From: Eledone cirrhosa
Taxonomy: Eukaryota
Assembly (NCBI GenBank): GCA_964016885.1
Contig: OZ024756.1
Location: forward strand, 992,001 to 1,056,000
DNA length: 64,000 bases
Reading direction: 5' to 3'
The translations under genes and the position numbers were made by a program. Of this stretch, positions 1 to 13,500 are shown one piece after another. Positions within the stretch are counted from its first letter, which is position 1; every line of letters begins with the position of its first letter. A model generated the notes under the pieces. That model ran no database searches. It was not told where the DNA came from and saw only the letters and a list, made by a program, of their open reading frames with translations.

Positions 1-635
1 GTTGTGACTGTGCTGATAGTATCTTCTCAGTCGATGATACTTACGTTGTTGTTGTTGTTTAACCCCAGGTCTACACTGATCGAGCAGACACCTGTTCAAA
101 GACATTCTAGTCATGACCACCCCATCCTGTTAGGTGTAAGGACAACATTGTTTAATCTGTCTTGTCCTGATATAAGTGAGTTAGGTGTGATTGAGGGAGA
201 CTTGGCTGCTATGTTTAGTAGGTCAAGTGACTGCCTTGAAGCTACTGTGTCGGCTTGGTATGTGTGTGAGGTCGTGGGGCGATCTACAAATGTTGCTGTT
301 GTTGCTGTTGTTACAAACAGTTTTAAGGATGTAAATAAACAACATTTCGAAAATATGGGAGGCTTTGGTAGACTTGAAATTCTTTAGAAAATCTAGAAAT
401 CCCAAATATAGAAAATAGCAGTAACCAGAGTCGATTTCTATAAATAATAGTTTAGAATACCGGCTAAAATACCCTTAGAGACGGAAATAAACGTACAATA
501 GCAGCTACGTAGTATGGAACTCCATACCTCTCGAATTCTGGTGGACCGCTACAAAATATTGAGCTAAACGACTTCTGATAGCTTTCTATTTAAGACGTAA
601 GTTGCTAAGCGAACCGCTTGGATACAACATTTATA

Positions 636-784
636 CAGGTAAAATCCGTTATAACGAATACCATTATAACGAATATTTTCAATTCCCGGTAACACGCTCG
701 ATGTGTTATGTCGATCTCGTTGTAAAGAATTTTTCGTTACAATAAATTTTTTATACCCCGTGAATTTCGTTATACCGGAATTTT

Positions 785-788
<4 letters not shown>
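636..788. mobile_element. MITE, Tc1/mariner-pogo (Tigger)-like
   Basis: Imperfect TIRs caggtaaaatccgttataacgaa / ttcgttataccggaattttccta flanked by TA; no ORF. Confidence 0.6.
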
Positions 789-833
<45 letters not shown>

Positions 834-841
<8 letters not shown>

Positions 842-1258
842 AGATCAAAAGATGGTTAAAGGAGTTCCATATATTTTATTATGCGCATTTCAAAAACAAA
901 CATCATCAAGCAATAATATTTGTGTTTTCATCAGATAAAACAGGAGAACATGATATGAAGGCTAAAAAACACTTGTTGATAGTGCAGTTTTAAATCAACA
1001 TATGATATGTTGATTTAAAACTGCACTATCAACAAGTGTTTTTTAGCCTTCATATCATGTTCTCCTGTTTTATCTGATGAAAACACAAATATTATTGCTT
1101 GATGATGTTTGTTTTTGAAATGCGCATAATAAAATATATGGAACTCCTTTAACCATCTTTTGATCTTATATTATGCATACTCCAGTCCCACAAACTGTAG
1201 AGTGCTTCTTATCCGATATCTGCATTGCTTTATTGTACTACAATAAAACTCACCTCCT
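834..1258 (+). mobile_element. Non-autonomous PLE-type fold-back element, family A copy 1 (palindrome 834-1174 plus 3' tail)
   Basis: Perfect 170-bp inverted arms around a single g at 1004; hammerhead motif in each arm; (TA)n on both sides; second copy at 6866-7285. Confidence 0.8.
1068..1134 (+). ncRNA. Minimal type-I hammerhead ribozyme (mirror copy 874-940 on minus)
   Basis: ttttat-CTGATGA-stem II-GAAA-TGCGCA-TA-ataaaa; stem I pairs, stem III is palindromic. Confidence 0.75.
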
Positions 1259-1413
1259 ACATATATATATATATATATGGTTGAAACATACGAAAACTAC
1301 ACACATCTAAAGAGAGAGAGAGAGATAGAGATAGATAGATAGAGAGGGAGAGACAGAAAGAGAGAGAGATAGACCGTTATACAGAGAGAGATACAGTTCA
1401 AGTTTTAGATATT

Positions 1414-1459
<46 letters not shown>

Positions 1460-1607
1460 AAGAGAGAGAGAGGGAGAGAGAGAGTAACGTCCTACGAAAG
1501 TCTAGAAACGGCTTAAACTATAGATCCTTTGATCTATAGGAAGGTTTAACAATATTGCGTTCGCTTTTATACAGTCGTTTTACAACCTTTGATTTTACAG
1601 ACCAAAG

Positions 1608-2010
1608 GAAAAGTGATACTATTTAAAATTAATCTACCCTCCAGCTTTTATCCATATACTACTTACAGTCCGTAATAACGAAGCTAAACACTTCAGAAGC
1701 AATGTTATGTGGTATATTGCTGTGTTTCAGATGACGTCCTTTGAAGCTGAAAAAGATCATACTGACTATGGTTATTTTACAACATTTAAAATCCAAGGCC
1801 AATCATACCATTTAATCGGCAGTTTATTCCCCCAGCCTAATAAGGAAGTTGTATGATTGGTTTTTTTTCATGTCTCTCTTACACACACTCACATTCACAC
1901 ACACATTATGGTCTAACCTTATACCAGACAACACATCCAATACAGTCGTTTTCTCTTTTATCCATCTTTTCTTAACTATTTTCCCGGGCGAAGCCGGGTA
2001 CCTCAACTAG
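1608..2010 (+). mobile_element. Helitron remnant (RepHel fragment and 3' terminus)
   Basis: Translates to AKHFRSNVMWYIAVFQMTSFEAE...TFKIQGQSYHLIGSLFP, matching the Helitron FQMTSFG..FKIQGQ.YH.IGSL block; hairpin cccgg-gcgaag-ccggg 1983-1998 then CTAG 2007-2010 followed by T. Confidence 0.8.
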
Positions 2011-2097
2011 TATATATATAAAACAAAAGGTTATTTGTCACTCATATATAGGGAATCACAGTCTCAGGAAGATAGGTAAAGTTATCAATTAGAGAAT

Positions 2098-2098
2098 T

Positions 2099-2182
<84 letters not shown>

Positions 2183-2442
2183 TATATATTTATATAGAAT
2201 AACATTTACAAAGTTAACTTCTTTAGGTTGCTTTGCTAGGAATCTACTACTCATAGCAAACTTTGAAAGAGTTATAATACATGTATGTGTGTGTGTGTGT
2301 GTGTGTGTATATGTGCGTGTGCGTGTGCGTGTGTATGTGTGTGTCTATATACGTATGTTTGTAAATATATATATATGATATATATGTAAAGATATATGCA
2401 CTTATACATACACACGCACACAAACATATATATGTATGTATA

Positions 2443-2506
<64 letters not shown>

Positions 2507-2517
2507 GGTATATATAC

Positions 2518-2552
<35 letters not shown>

Positions 2553-2875
2553 TATATACATATATACACATACATACGTTTGTATGCACGTATATATTAC
2601 CAAGTGTCTTTTTGATGCGTTTTAGTCACGTGCGTCTGTTTTTAGAAGAAATCTATCAACCGGAAGTCACCGGGCGGGCTGGGTCCTGACGCAGCCATGT
2701 TGAGACGCTAGCGTCTCATTACACAACTGAAGTTATTGGTTTTGTAAATGGCCAATTAAGTTAGATACAGTCCATGTATACTGATATTATTGGTGTCTGT
2801 GTCAAAATGAGTGTGTGTGTGTGTGTGTGTGTAACTATATGTATGTATGTTTTGTATGTATCTGTGCATGTATGT

Positions 2876-2929
<54 letters not shown>

Positions 2930-3002
2930 ATGTTTCTATGTATGTATATATGTATGTGTATGTGTCTATATATGAGTATATATATATGTGTGTGTGTGCG
3001 CG

Positions 3003-3041
<39 letters not shown>

Positions 3042-3323
3042 GCATGTATACACATAAATACACACACATATATATATATACATATATATACATATATATA
3101 TATATATATGTGTGTAGCGTTATATACACATAACTGTCATAGAATCGTATTGCTAACAGAAATATGTAGACGGGCGTTAAACGAATTACAATCTTCTTTA
3201 GTTTGTTGATTTTATTGATGTTGTTGTTGTAATTGATGCAGTTGTAGTTGTTATTGTTGCTGCTGTTGTTATTGTTGTTGTTGAGGTTGCTGTTGTTGTT
3301 TATAGTGTCAATTCGTTCCCACA

Positions 3324-3365
<42 letters not shown>
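2098..3365. repeat. Compound microsatellites (TATC)n, (TG)n, (TA)n, (TTG)n
   Basis: Directly visible simple repeats. Confidence 0.95.
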
Positions 3366-3368
<3 letters not shown>

Positions 3369-3379
3369 ATTGTTTCTAC

Positions 3380-3558
3380 TTTAGGCACAAGGCCAGCAAA
3401 TTACCCAGTGCATTACTGGTACTTTTATTTTATCGACCCCGTAAGGATGAAAGGCAAAGTCAACCTCGGCGGGATTTGAACTCAGATCGTAAAGGGACGT
3501 AACTATGCTGGAAAGCATGGCGTCCGACCCTCTACCGATACTGCCATTCCACCGCCCA
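3380..3558 (-). mobile_element. tRNA-derived SINE with Nin/Deu-type core
   Basis: Reverse strand has B-box gagttcaaatccc then ttgcctttcatcctt..ggggtcgataaaa..gtaccag; many related copies in window. Confidence 0.75.
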
Positions 3559-3666
3559 TATATATATAGTAATAATAACAAATTTGAAGACTAAAATCCA
3601 AAGAGGGCTCGATAAGGATAAATATATATCAAATATATAAGAACCGTAGAGCAAATATTTATAAAA

Positions 3667-3784
3667 ATAACAGATTAACGTTTAAGCAAAGAATCGCTGC
3701 TTTCACCCTTAACTGGATCTGAAACTCAGAAGATCCCGTTAAGGGTGAAAGCAGCGATTCTTTGCTTAAACTTTAATCTGTTAT
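3667..3784. repeat. Short inverted repeat (about 52-bp arms)
   Basis: ataacagattaacgtttaagcaaagaatcgctgctttcacccttaac mirrored at 3738-3784. Confidence 0.85.
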
Positions 3785-3787
3785 CTC

Positions 3788-3878
<91 letters not shown>

Positions 3879-3880
<2 letters not shown>

Positions 3881-4140
3881 TATAAAATAACAGGAAGCTG
3901 GACTGCTATAAATCCTTGAAAGGTTTATTATACTATGATCATTTCAATGACCGGGTTCAGTATGAATCCGGTGACATCATCAGGTATTCAAAATATAACA
4001 AAGGAATATAACAGATAAAATCGATGGGGCTGAAAATCAGAGACAAGAGGACGACCGACTATTTAGCAGCTTCTACCTCGTTCGGCAGAAGCTGCTAAAT
4101 AGATAGATTGATACCAGTCCAGCCTCCTGTTATTTTATAA
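3879..4140 (-). mobile_element. Short hammerhead-bearing element with inverted ends, in microsatellite
   Basis: Ends ttataaaataacaggaagctggactg / cagtccagcctcctgttattttataa; internal hammerhead. Confidence 0.65.
3930..3987 (-). ncRNA. Minimal type-I hammerhead ribozyme (family B)
   Basis: Minus strand: atac-CTGATGA-tgtcaccggattcatactgaacccggtcatt-GAAA-TGATCA-TA-gtat. Confidence 0.7.
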
Positions 4141-4146
4141 TATATA

Positions 4147-4316
<170 letters not shown>

Positions 4317-4520
4317 TAAAAAAAGAAAAATATCCAACTAGAAGTTGATGACACCCTACTTTGCAACATTGGATTGTTGAAGAGAACAACAACACTCGGA
4401 GGTACACTACCATTTCACTAATTCCTCTCCTATGTATATGTGTACTTAAATACTTGAGGAGATGTGTATACATATGTGTGTGTAGATGTGTATGCATGTG
4501 TGTGTATGTATGTATGCATG

Positions 4521-4559
<39 letters not shown>

Positions 4560-4981
4560 ACAAAAACTGGTGATATGCATGTAAGTAAATATTCTCTTTA
4601 TCTGATATTTTGTAACTAACCTTACATAGATCGATATCGAAGTATAGTTACGATGTATTATCATCACCTAGAAACGATCGTAAATCAGTGAAGTATATTT
4701 CTAATGACTTGATTTTTTATTTCAATGTTTTAACTTATATATATATTTATATATATATATATATAAAGTTAATATATCTAAGGGTACAAGGTACCCCCAG
4801 AAATACATAGGTTGTCTATGATTCAAGGGGGTTCTATGGTAATAATTTGATATACCAGAACTTAATATCAAGATAAGCAGAACAAGTAAAATTCAACCAA
4901 TTTTTCAAAATAAATCAAAATTAATTTAAAATTAAAATTAATCAAAATTAAAAAATATAATATTTTACCTATTCAAATGGC

Positions 4982-5058
4982 CCTTACTGTACAGTTTCAC
5001 TTTGCAAAACATTAGATATCACATGGATATTAATGGAAAAACAAAGATCATCAGAGAA
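4982..5058 (-). ncRNA. Type-I hammerhead ribozyme (family C), between inverted repeats 4865-4919 and 5091-5145
   Basis: Minus strand: ttct-CTGATGA-tctttg...caaagt-GAAA-CTGTACAG-TA-aggg. Confidence 0.65.
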
Positions 5059-5139
5059 GTATTTTCCTTTCCTAGGGTTAAAAACCTCAGTTTGATTTAT
5101 TTTGAAAAATTGGTTGAATTTTACTTGTTCTGATTATCT

Positions 5140-5848
<709 letters not shown>

Positions 5849-6419
5849 ATATATATACATATATATATATATATAAAGGCATATATGTGTATGTATATGT
5901 GTATGTATATGTGTATGTATATGTGTATGTATATATATGTATATATGGGCTGTGTGTATGTTTACATGTAGGGAAATAAATATGTGAGCTCGCATGATGA
6001 CCCCCACAAACCAACATCAACAACATACATTGCTATCAACAAATATTCCAAAACATCCTTATTTTTCTCTTTACTGTCATCCCATTTTTATCAAAAGACA
6101 TGTATCTTACACCTCATCAACCCTTCCCTCACCAGACGCACACCCAAATTCATCTTTAAAATAGAAAATTCTTTATAAATTTAAGAGAGTTGATTCAGCT
6201 ATGAGAAAAGAATTTGAAAAACATCTGGCCATTGTATTTTATTCACCAAAGGTCGTCTACAAGTGAAGTCATTCTTTTCCTTTTTTTAAATATACCAACT
6301 GTACCAAGGATTTCACACATTTTGCAATATATATATTCCAGTCGATCGACTTTTAGTCAAATCGGACCGAGGAAACAATGTTTCCGTTGGTCTTTCCAAT
6401 TGCTAATACTATCTATCGG

Positions 6420-6556
6420 TCGCAACTCCAGGTAGAAGGAGCAACGTGAAATAAAGTGTCTTGCTCAAGGACATAACGCATCGCCTGGTTCAGGAATCGA
6501 ACTCACAACCTCACGATTGTGAATCCAATACTCTAACCACTCAGCCACACGCCTTC
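6420..6556 (-). mobile_element. SINE fragment (tRNA head plus core); related copy near 9315-9437
   Basis: gcaacgtgaaataaagtgtcttgctcaaggacataac...ggaatcgaactc...ctctaaccactcagccac; A and B boxes on reverse strand. Confidence 0.7.
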
Positions 6557-6586
6557 ATATATATATATATATATGTTCCAGTGTTC

Positions 6587-6717
<131 letters not shown>

Positions 6718-6776
6718 GTAGAACACTGGAAGGTAATATCCGTAGTGGTAGAGCACTCAGTCCATGGGACGAGTTT

Positions 6777-6865
<89 letters not shown>

Positions 6866-6873
<8 letters not shown>

Positions 6874-7285
6874 AGATCAAAAGATGGTTAAAGGAGTTCC
6901 ATATATTTTATTATGCGCATTTCAAAAACAAACATCATCATGCAATAATATTTGTGTTTTCATCAGATAAAACAGGAGAACATGATATGAAGGCTAAAAA
7001 ACACTTGTGGATAGTGCAGTTTTAAATCAACATATGTTGATTTAAAACTGCACTATCCACAAGTGTTTTTTAGCCTTCATATCATGTTCTCCTGTTTTAT
7101 CTGATGAAAACACAAATATTATTGCATGATGATGTTTGTTTTTGAAATGCGCATAATAAAATATATGGAACTCCTTTAACCATCTTTTGATCTTATATTA
7201 TGCATACTCCAGTCCCACAAACTGTAGAGTGCTTCTTATCCGATATCTGCATTGCTTTATTGTACTACAATAAAACTCACCTCCT
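6866..7285 (+). mobile_element. Fold-back element family A copy 2 (palindrome 6866-7201); hammerheads 6906-6972 minus and 7095-7161 plus
   Basis: Near-identical to 834-1258; spacerless centre aacatatgtt; (TA)n flanks. Confidence 0.8.
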
Positions 7286-7350
7286 ATATATATATATATA
7301 TATATATATATAACAAGGATTCAGTGTTGCATAATAACATATTTGATAAC

Positions 7351-7437
7351 ATATTACATATGTTTCACTATCGATCAGATCGAGGAACGACCTATTATTG
7401 ATCAAACCTGACTCTGTAATCGAAAGATCATCAGATA

Positions 7438-7438
<1 letters not shown>
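7351..7438 (-). ncRNA. Type-I hammerhead ribozyme (family D)
   Basis: Minus strand: atat-CTGATGA-tctttcgat...atcgatagt-GAAA-CATATG-TA-atat. Confidence 0.7.
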
Positions 7439-7523
<85 letters not shown>

Positions 7524-7819
7524 GGCTACAGTCAAACTCTGTATTTTTGTATGCTCTTTTATAATTAACGTTAACACTTACACAGCGTGGTTCATAATAA
7601 AGACGTATAAGGACCCATAAACAATTTATTTATGTATAACTGATATACATTTAGTCATGTAGAGAGTATTGTAAGATGCATATATACACCACTTTTAAGG
7701 TAGCTGTGATATAATCACAGCTGAAAATACTCATAGCGAGACTCTATGTTGGTTTACTATACATCAATATATCATATATGAGCTCATATACACCTTTATA
7801 CGTTAATAATGGTATCAAC

Positions 7820-8026
7820 ATTTGGTACAAGGTCAGCAATTTGAAGGGAAGAGGAAAGTCGATTAAATCGACCCCGGTACGTGACTGGTACTTTATTTAT
7901 TGACACCGTTAGGATGAAAGGCAAAGCTAACCTCAGCAGGATTTGAACTCAGAACGTAAAAGGCCGTAACTCTATGCCACGAAGGATGGTGTCCGATGCT
8001 CTACTGATTCTGCCAACCTACCACCA
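7820..8026 (-). mobile_element. Nin/Deu-type SINE
   Basis: ctggtactttattt...ggatgaaaggcaaag...ggatttgaactcag...gattctgccaa. Confidence 0.75.
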
Positions 8027-10324
8027 TTTATATTTTAATAATGACTTCAATTATAGAATACACATACACTCATTGCAATTTCATTTCTCTACTTATTCTT
8101 ATAATTGAAACGAGAATGAAATAAATCAGGCAATGTATGCAGGGTAACATTTTTACGGTTAGTTTTCTGATTAAGGTGATTAGGCCAATAAAACTTCTAT
8201 TGTAATAATGTTTAGAACATGCTAAACCTTCAACTTGGGACTAACCAAAGCAATCAAAACCGCTAACAGTTCCTGGCATTTCTTGAGGGAAAACAAACAA
8301 GACTTTGACGAGTCCGAGACCAATATATACTGACGTCGAATATTAGTTCTATTACCTCTTATCCTCCCTAGAGGGCGCCACAATTAAAAACTGATATCGA
8401 ACTGGACGCCATGTTTTTTCTCTCTCTTTCTCTATAGAATGAAGCAATGAGAAAGAAAGGTTAAACAAACAAACGAAGGAGGTTAATAATATAATTGTAA
8501 TAGCTATCAGACGAAAGTAGAAATATTTCCCGTAATGTCGACTGTCAACATTTGCTAATGACGTAATTTACATGAGTTAAATCAAAATTTAAGACGCACA
8601 ATATATAAACCGAGCTCAACTTTTACAATAGGTTATGGAGAGAGGCGTTCAGATAAATCTGCTTCAATGTATTCATGGAGAAAAGAGTTATTCGTACATT
8701 ATCCAGTGAGTATAAATCTATGCAGGAATTGGAGGGAAAAGAAAGGATAGAAAAAGATGTAAAAGGAAAAAGACTATGTAATAATATTATATATACTAGC
8801 AGAAAAACCACTCTTCGGGTGGTTTTCTGCTAGCATGTGTAGTGTGTATATTGATATTATACGCAAGTATATATACATGTAGATATGATACACCAAATAA
8901 AATCGTAATTGACAATATATAATACATAGAAATTGAACGAAGACTGCGTTACACTGTCTTATGTAATCAGTAACGTAATCCATGATACATTAAAAAAAGA
9001 CGATATTATATATAAACTGCATTAGGAGAAAATTAATGTTTATTTAAGCGATGGTCAACCGGAGGTGTTGACATTTCAGAAATTTTAAAGAAGTGAATCT
9101 TTAAATAAACAAAATATATTTAATCAACAGCCACGAAATTTAGTAGATAAATTATGTAATATTCATTCATTATTTATTCAAAGTTATTTTACTAATGGGA
9201 TAAAAAATTATAAAACGGACACAGTCCTGCGCTCCTTACTTTATTTTAGTTTAGATATATATATATACCCATAAAAGCCGTATGTCAGGGCGGCGCCCCT
9301 ACGACTCACCAAGGAAATACTGGAGCAATGTGAAATGAAGTGTTTTGCTCAAGAACACAACACAAAATTCAGTTCAGGAATCGAACCCACGACATTATGA
9401 TCGTAAGTCCAACTCACTTACCACTAAGCCACGCATCTCCACAAATAGAAGTTATGCAAACAATACAACACAAGTATGTTTCAGTGCAAAGTCTACAAAA
9501 GCGCTCAATGGAAGATTCTAGAACGATAATATAATAAAATATAACAGATTTATCGAGAAGAAACTCTATAGAATGTTAACGGCTGAAATCCTAGCAAGAA
9601 TGATGACGTCATCGTCGAAGATCTTATTAAATATATTAGTATACAAGACAAGCAAGGTATATATGTAACAGCTGCACTGGTCTCTACGGTTGGTGAGAAA
9701 TATCTGGTAATAGTATCTTAATTGAGAATTATATCATAAGTTAGTCTTATTTAACTGTATTATTATTACCACAGCAGAGAAAGGAAATGTTTGATGCTAA
9801 ATACTCTAATAACACTTTCACCGTTAAACACGATCGTAAAATTCTGGAGAACATAAACTATTCCGACCTTCCCATAAACTTCACTGTAACACAGCTGCTG
9901 ATATTACACAAACAATGAACGAACTAATCATACATATTTACTAGACCTGCTAGAAATAGCAGCCACATCCTCATGGTATCAAACCCGACCGTTTTTGTTT
10001 TAAAAAAAGGAAGTTGAAGCCCACCAAAACAACGAAACGGACTGACACTTAAGTTTCATTTATGGTGCTGACATGCGGAATAAATGTACCAAAGTTTTAG
10101 AAACATAGTAGTTCCTTCTAGAATATTTTACTGAGTCACCTGACACTAGAACCGCTTGTAGAGTCAATCTGGTATTTATAGAGCCAGTACACATGATTAT
10201 TATGTAATTGTCAACGTTCTTTCGCCACACATTATGAGACCTCATCAATGGTTATTTGTGTTTGTATTATTAGAACAATGTAACCTTAGAAGGCGGCGCT
10301 GTCGGAGAGAGAGATGGAGAGAGA

Positions 10325-10361
<37 letters not shown>

Positions 10362-10392
10362 GAAGCGACGAAGAGATATAGCTGAAGAATCA

Positions 10393-10535
10393 ACCCAGTT
10401 CTAGACTGGTACTTTTTATCGATCTTGAATGGATGAAAGGCAAAGTTGACCTCGGCGGGATTTGAACTCAGAGGGTAGAGAGGCGGAACGAGTACCAACA
10501 AGTAATCTATCTGACGGTCTAATGACTCTGTCAAC
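10393..10535 (-). mobile_element. Nin/Deu-type SINE abutting the satellite
   Basis: actggtactttttatcgat..ggatgaaaggcaaagttgacctcggcgggatttgaactcag. Confidence 0.75.
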
Positions 10536-13500
10536 CTGACACTTAGGAGCTCTGTCAACCTGACACCCAGGGGCTCTGTCAACCTGACACTTAGGTGCTT
10601 TGTCAACCTGACACTTCTCTGTCAACCTGACACTTCTCTGTCAACCTGACACTTCTCTGTCAACCTGACACTTCTCTGTCAACCTGACACTTCTCTGTCA
10701 ACCTGACACTTCTCTGTCAACCTGACACTTCTCTGTCAACCTGACACTTATCTGTCAACCTGACACTTCTCTGTCAACCAGACACTTAGGACCTCTGTCA
10801 ACCTGACACTTCTCTGTCAACCAGACACTTCTCTGTCAACCTGACACTTCTCTGTCAACCAGACACTTCTCTGTCAACCTGACACTTCTCTGTCAACCTG
10901 ACACTTCTCTGTCAACCTGACACTTCTCTGTCAACCTGACACTTATCTGTCAACCTGACACTTAGGACCTCTGTCAACCTGACACTTCTCTGTCAACCTG
11001 ACACTTATCTGTCAACCTGACACTTCTCTGTCAACCAGACACTTAGGACCTCTGTCAACCTGACACTTCTCTGTCAACCAGACACTTCTCTGTCAACCTG
11101 ACACTTCTCTGTCAACCTGACACTTCTCTGTCAACCTGACACTTCTCTGTCAACCTGACACTTCTCTGTCAACCAGACACTTAGGACCTCTGTCAACCTG
11201 ACACTTCTCTGTCAACCTGACACTTCTCTGTCAACCTGACACTTCTCTGTCAACCTGACACTTCTCTGTCAACCTGACACTTCTCTGTCAACCTGACACT
11301 TCTCTGTCAACCTGACACTTCTCTGTCAACCTGACACTTCTCTGTCAACCAGACACTTAGGACCTCTGTCAACCTGACACTTCTCTGTCAACCAGACACT
11401 TCTCTGTCAACCTGACACTTCTCTGTCAACCTGACACTTCTCTGTCAACCTGACACTTCTCTGTCAACCTGACACTTCTCTGTCAACCTGACACTTCTCT
11501 GTCAACCAGACACTTAGGAGCTCTGTCAACCTGACACTTCTCTGTCAACCTGACACTTCTCTGTCAACCAGACACTTAGGAGCTCTGTCAACCTGACACT
11601 TCTCTGTCAACCTGACACTTCTCTGTCAACCAGACACTTAGGACCTCTGTCAACCTGACACTTCTCTGTCAACCTGACACTTCTCTGTCAACCAGACACT
11701 TAGGAGCTCTGTCAACCTGACACTTCTCTGTCAACCAGACACTTAGGACCTCTGTCAACCTGACACTTCTCTGTCAACCAGACACTTAGGAGCTCTGTCA
11801 ACCTGACACTTCTCTGTCAACCTGACACTTCTCTGTCAACCAGACACTTAGGAGCTCTGTCAACCTGACACTTCTCTGTCAACCTGACACTTAGGGGCTC
11901 TGTCAACCTGACACTTCTCTGTCAACCTGACACTTCTCTGTCAACCAGACACTTAGGAGCTCTGTCAACCTGACACTTCTCTGTCAACCTGACACTTCTC
12001 TGTCAACCAGACACTTAGGAGCTCTGTCAACCTGACACTTCTCTGTCAACCTGACACTTCTCTGTCAACCAGACACTTAGGAGCTCTGTCAACCTGACAC
12101 TTCTCTGTCAACCTGACACTTAGGGGCTCTGTCAACCTGACACTTCTCTGTCAACCTGACACTTCTCTGTCAACCAGACACTTAGGAGCTCTGTCAACCT
12201 GACACTTCTCTGTCAACCTGACACTTCTCTGTCAACCAGACACTTAGGAGCTCTGTCAACCTGACACTTCTCTGTCAACCTGACACTTCTCTGTCAACCA
12301 GACACTTAGGAGCTCTGTCAACCTGACACTTCTCTGTCAACCAGACACTTAGGACCTCTGTCAACCTGACACTTCTCTGTCAACCAGACACTTAGGAGCT
12401 CTGTCAACCTGACACTTCTCTGTCAACCTGACACTTCTCTGTCAACCAGACACTTAGGAGCTCTGTCAACCTGACACTTCTCTGTCAACCTGACACTTAG
12501 GGGCTCTGTCAACCTGACACTTCTCTGTCAACCTGACACTTCTCTGTCAACCAGACACTTAGGAGCTCTGTCAACCTGACACTTCTCTGTCAACCAGACA
12601 CTTAGGAGCTCTGTCAACCTGACACTTCTCTGTCAACCAGACACTTAGGACCTCTGTCAACCTGACACTTCTCTGTCAACCAGACACTTAGGAGCTCTGT
12701 CAACCTGACACTTCTCTGTCAACCTGACACTTCTCTGTCAACCAGACACTTAGGACCTCTGTCAACCTGACACTTCTCTGTCAACCTGACACTTCTCTGT
12801 CAACCTGACACTTCTCTGTCAACCAGACACTTAGGACCTCTGTCAACCTGACACTTCTCTGTCAACCAGACACTTCTCTGTCAACCTGACACTTCTCTGT
12901 CAACCTGACACTTCTCTGTCAACCTGACACTTCTCTGTCAACCTGACACTTCTCTGTCAACCTGACACTTCTCTGTCAACCTGACACTTATCTGTCAACC
13001 TGACACTTCTCTGTCAACCAGACACTTAGGAGCTCTGTCAACCTGACACTTCTCTGTCAACCTGACACTTCTCTGTCAACCAGACACTTAGGAGCTCTGT
13101 CAACCTGACACTTCTCTGTCAACCTGACACTTCTCTGTCAACCAGACACTTAGGAGCTCTGTCAACCTGACACTTCTCTGTCAACCTGACACTTCTCTGT
13201 CAACCAGACACTTAGGAGCTCTGTCAACCTGACACTTCTCTGTCAACCTGACACTTCTCTGTCAACCAGACACTTAGGAGCTCTGTCAACCTGACACTTC
13301 TCTGTCAACCTGACACTTCTCTGTCAACCAGACACTTAGGAGCTCTGTCAACCTGACACTTCTCTGTCAACCTGACACTTCTCTGTCAACCAGACACTTA
13401 GGAGCTCTGTCAACCTGACACTTCTCTGTCAACCTGACACTTCTCTGTCAACCAGACACTTAGGACCTCTGTCAACCTGACACTTCTCTGTCAACCAGAC

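Noticed and set aside
4-387. 127-aa ORF at window start
   Set aside because: Overlaps SINE-like repeat sequence (related to about 9940-9970 and 19125-19150 in reverse); no recognisable domain
3725-3762. Hammerhead-like cagaaga..gaaagc in the 3667-3784 hairpin
   Set aside because: Core is CAGAAGA, with no UH triplet and no stem I; at best a decayed copy, not counted
8796-8833. Hairpin ctagcagaaaaaccactcttcgggtggttttctgctag as a terminator or ncRNA
   Set aside because: Isolated short hairpin; could be a Helitron-type end but nothing else supports a call
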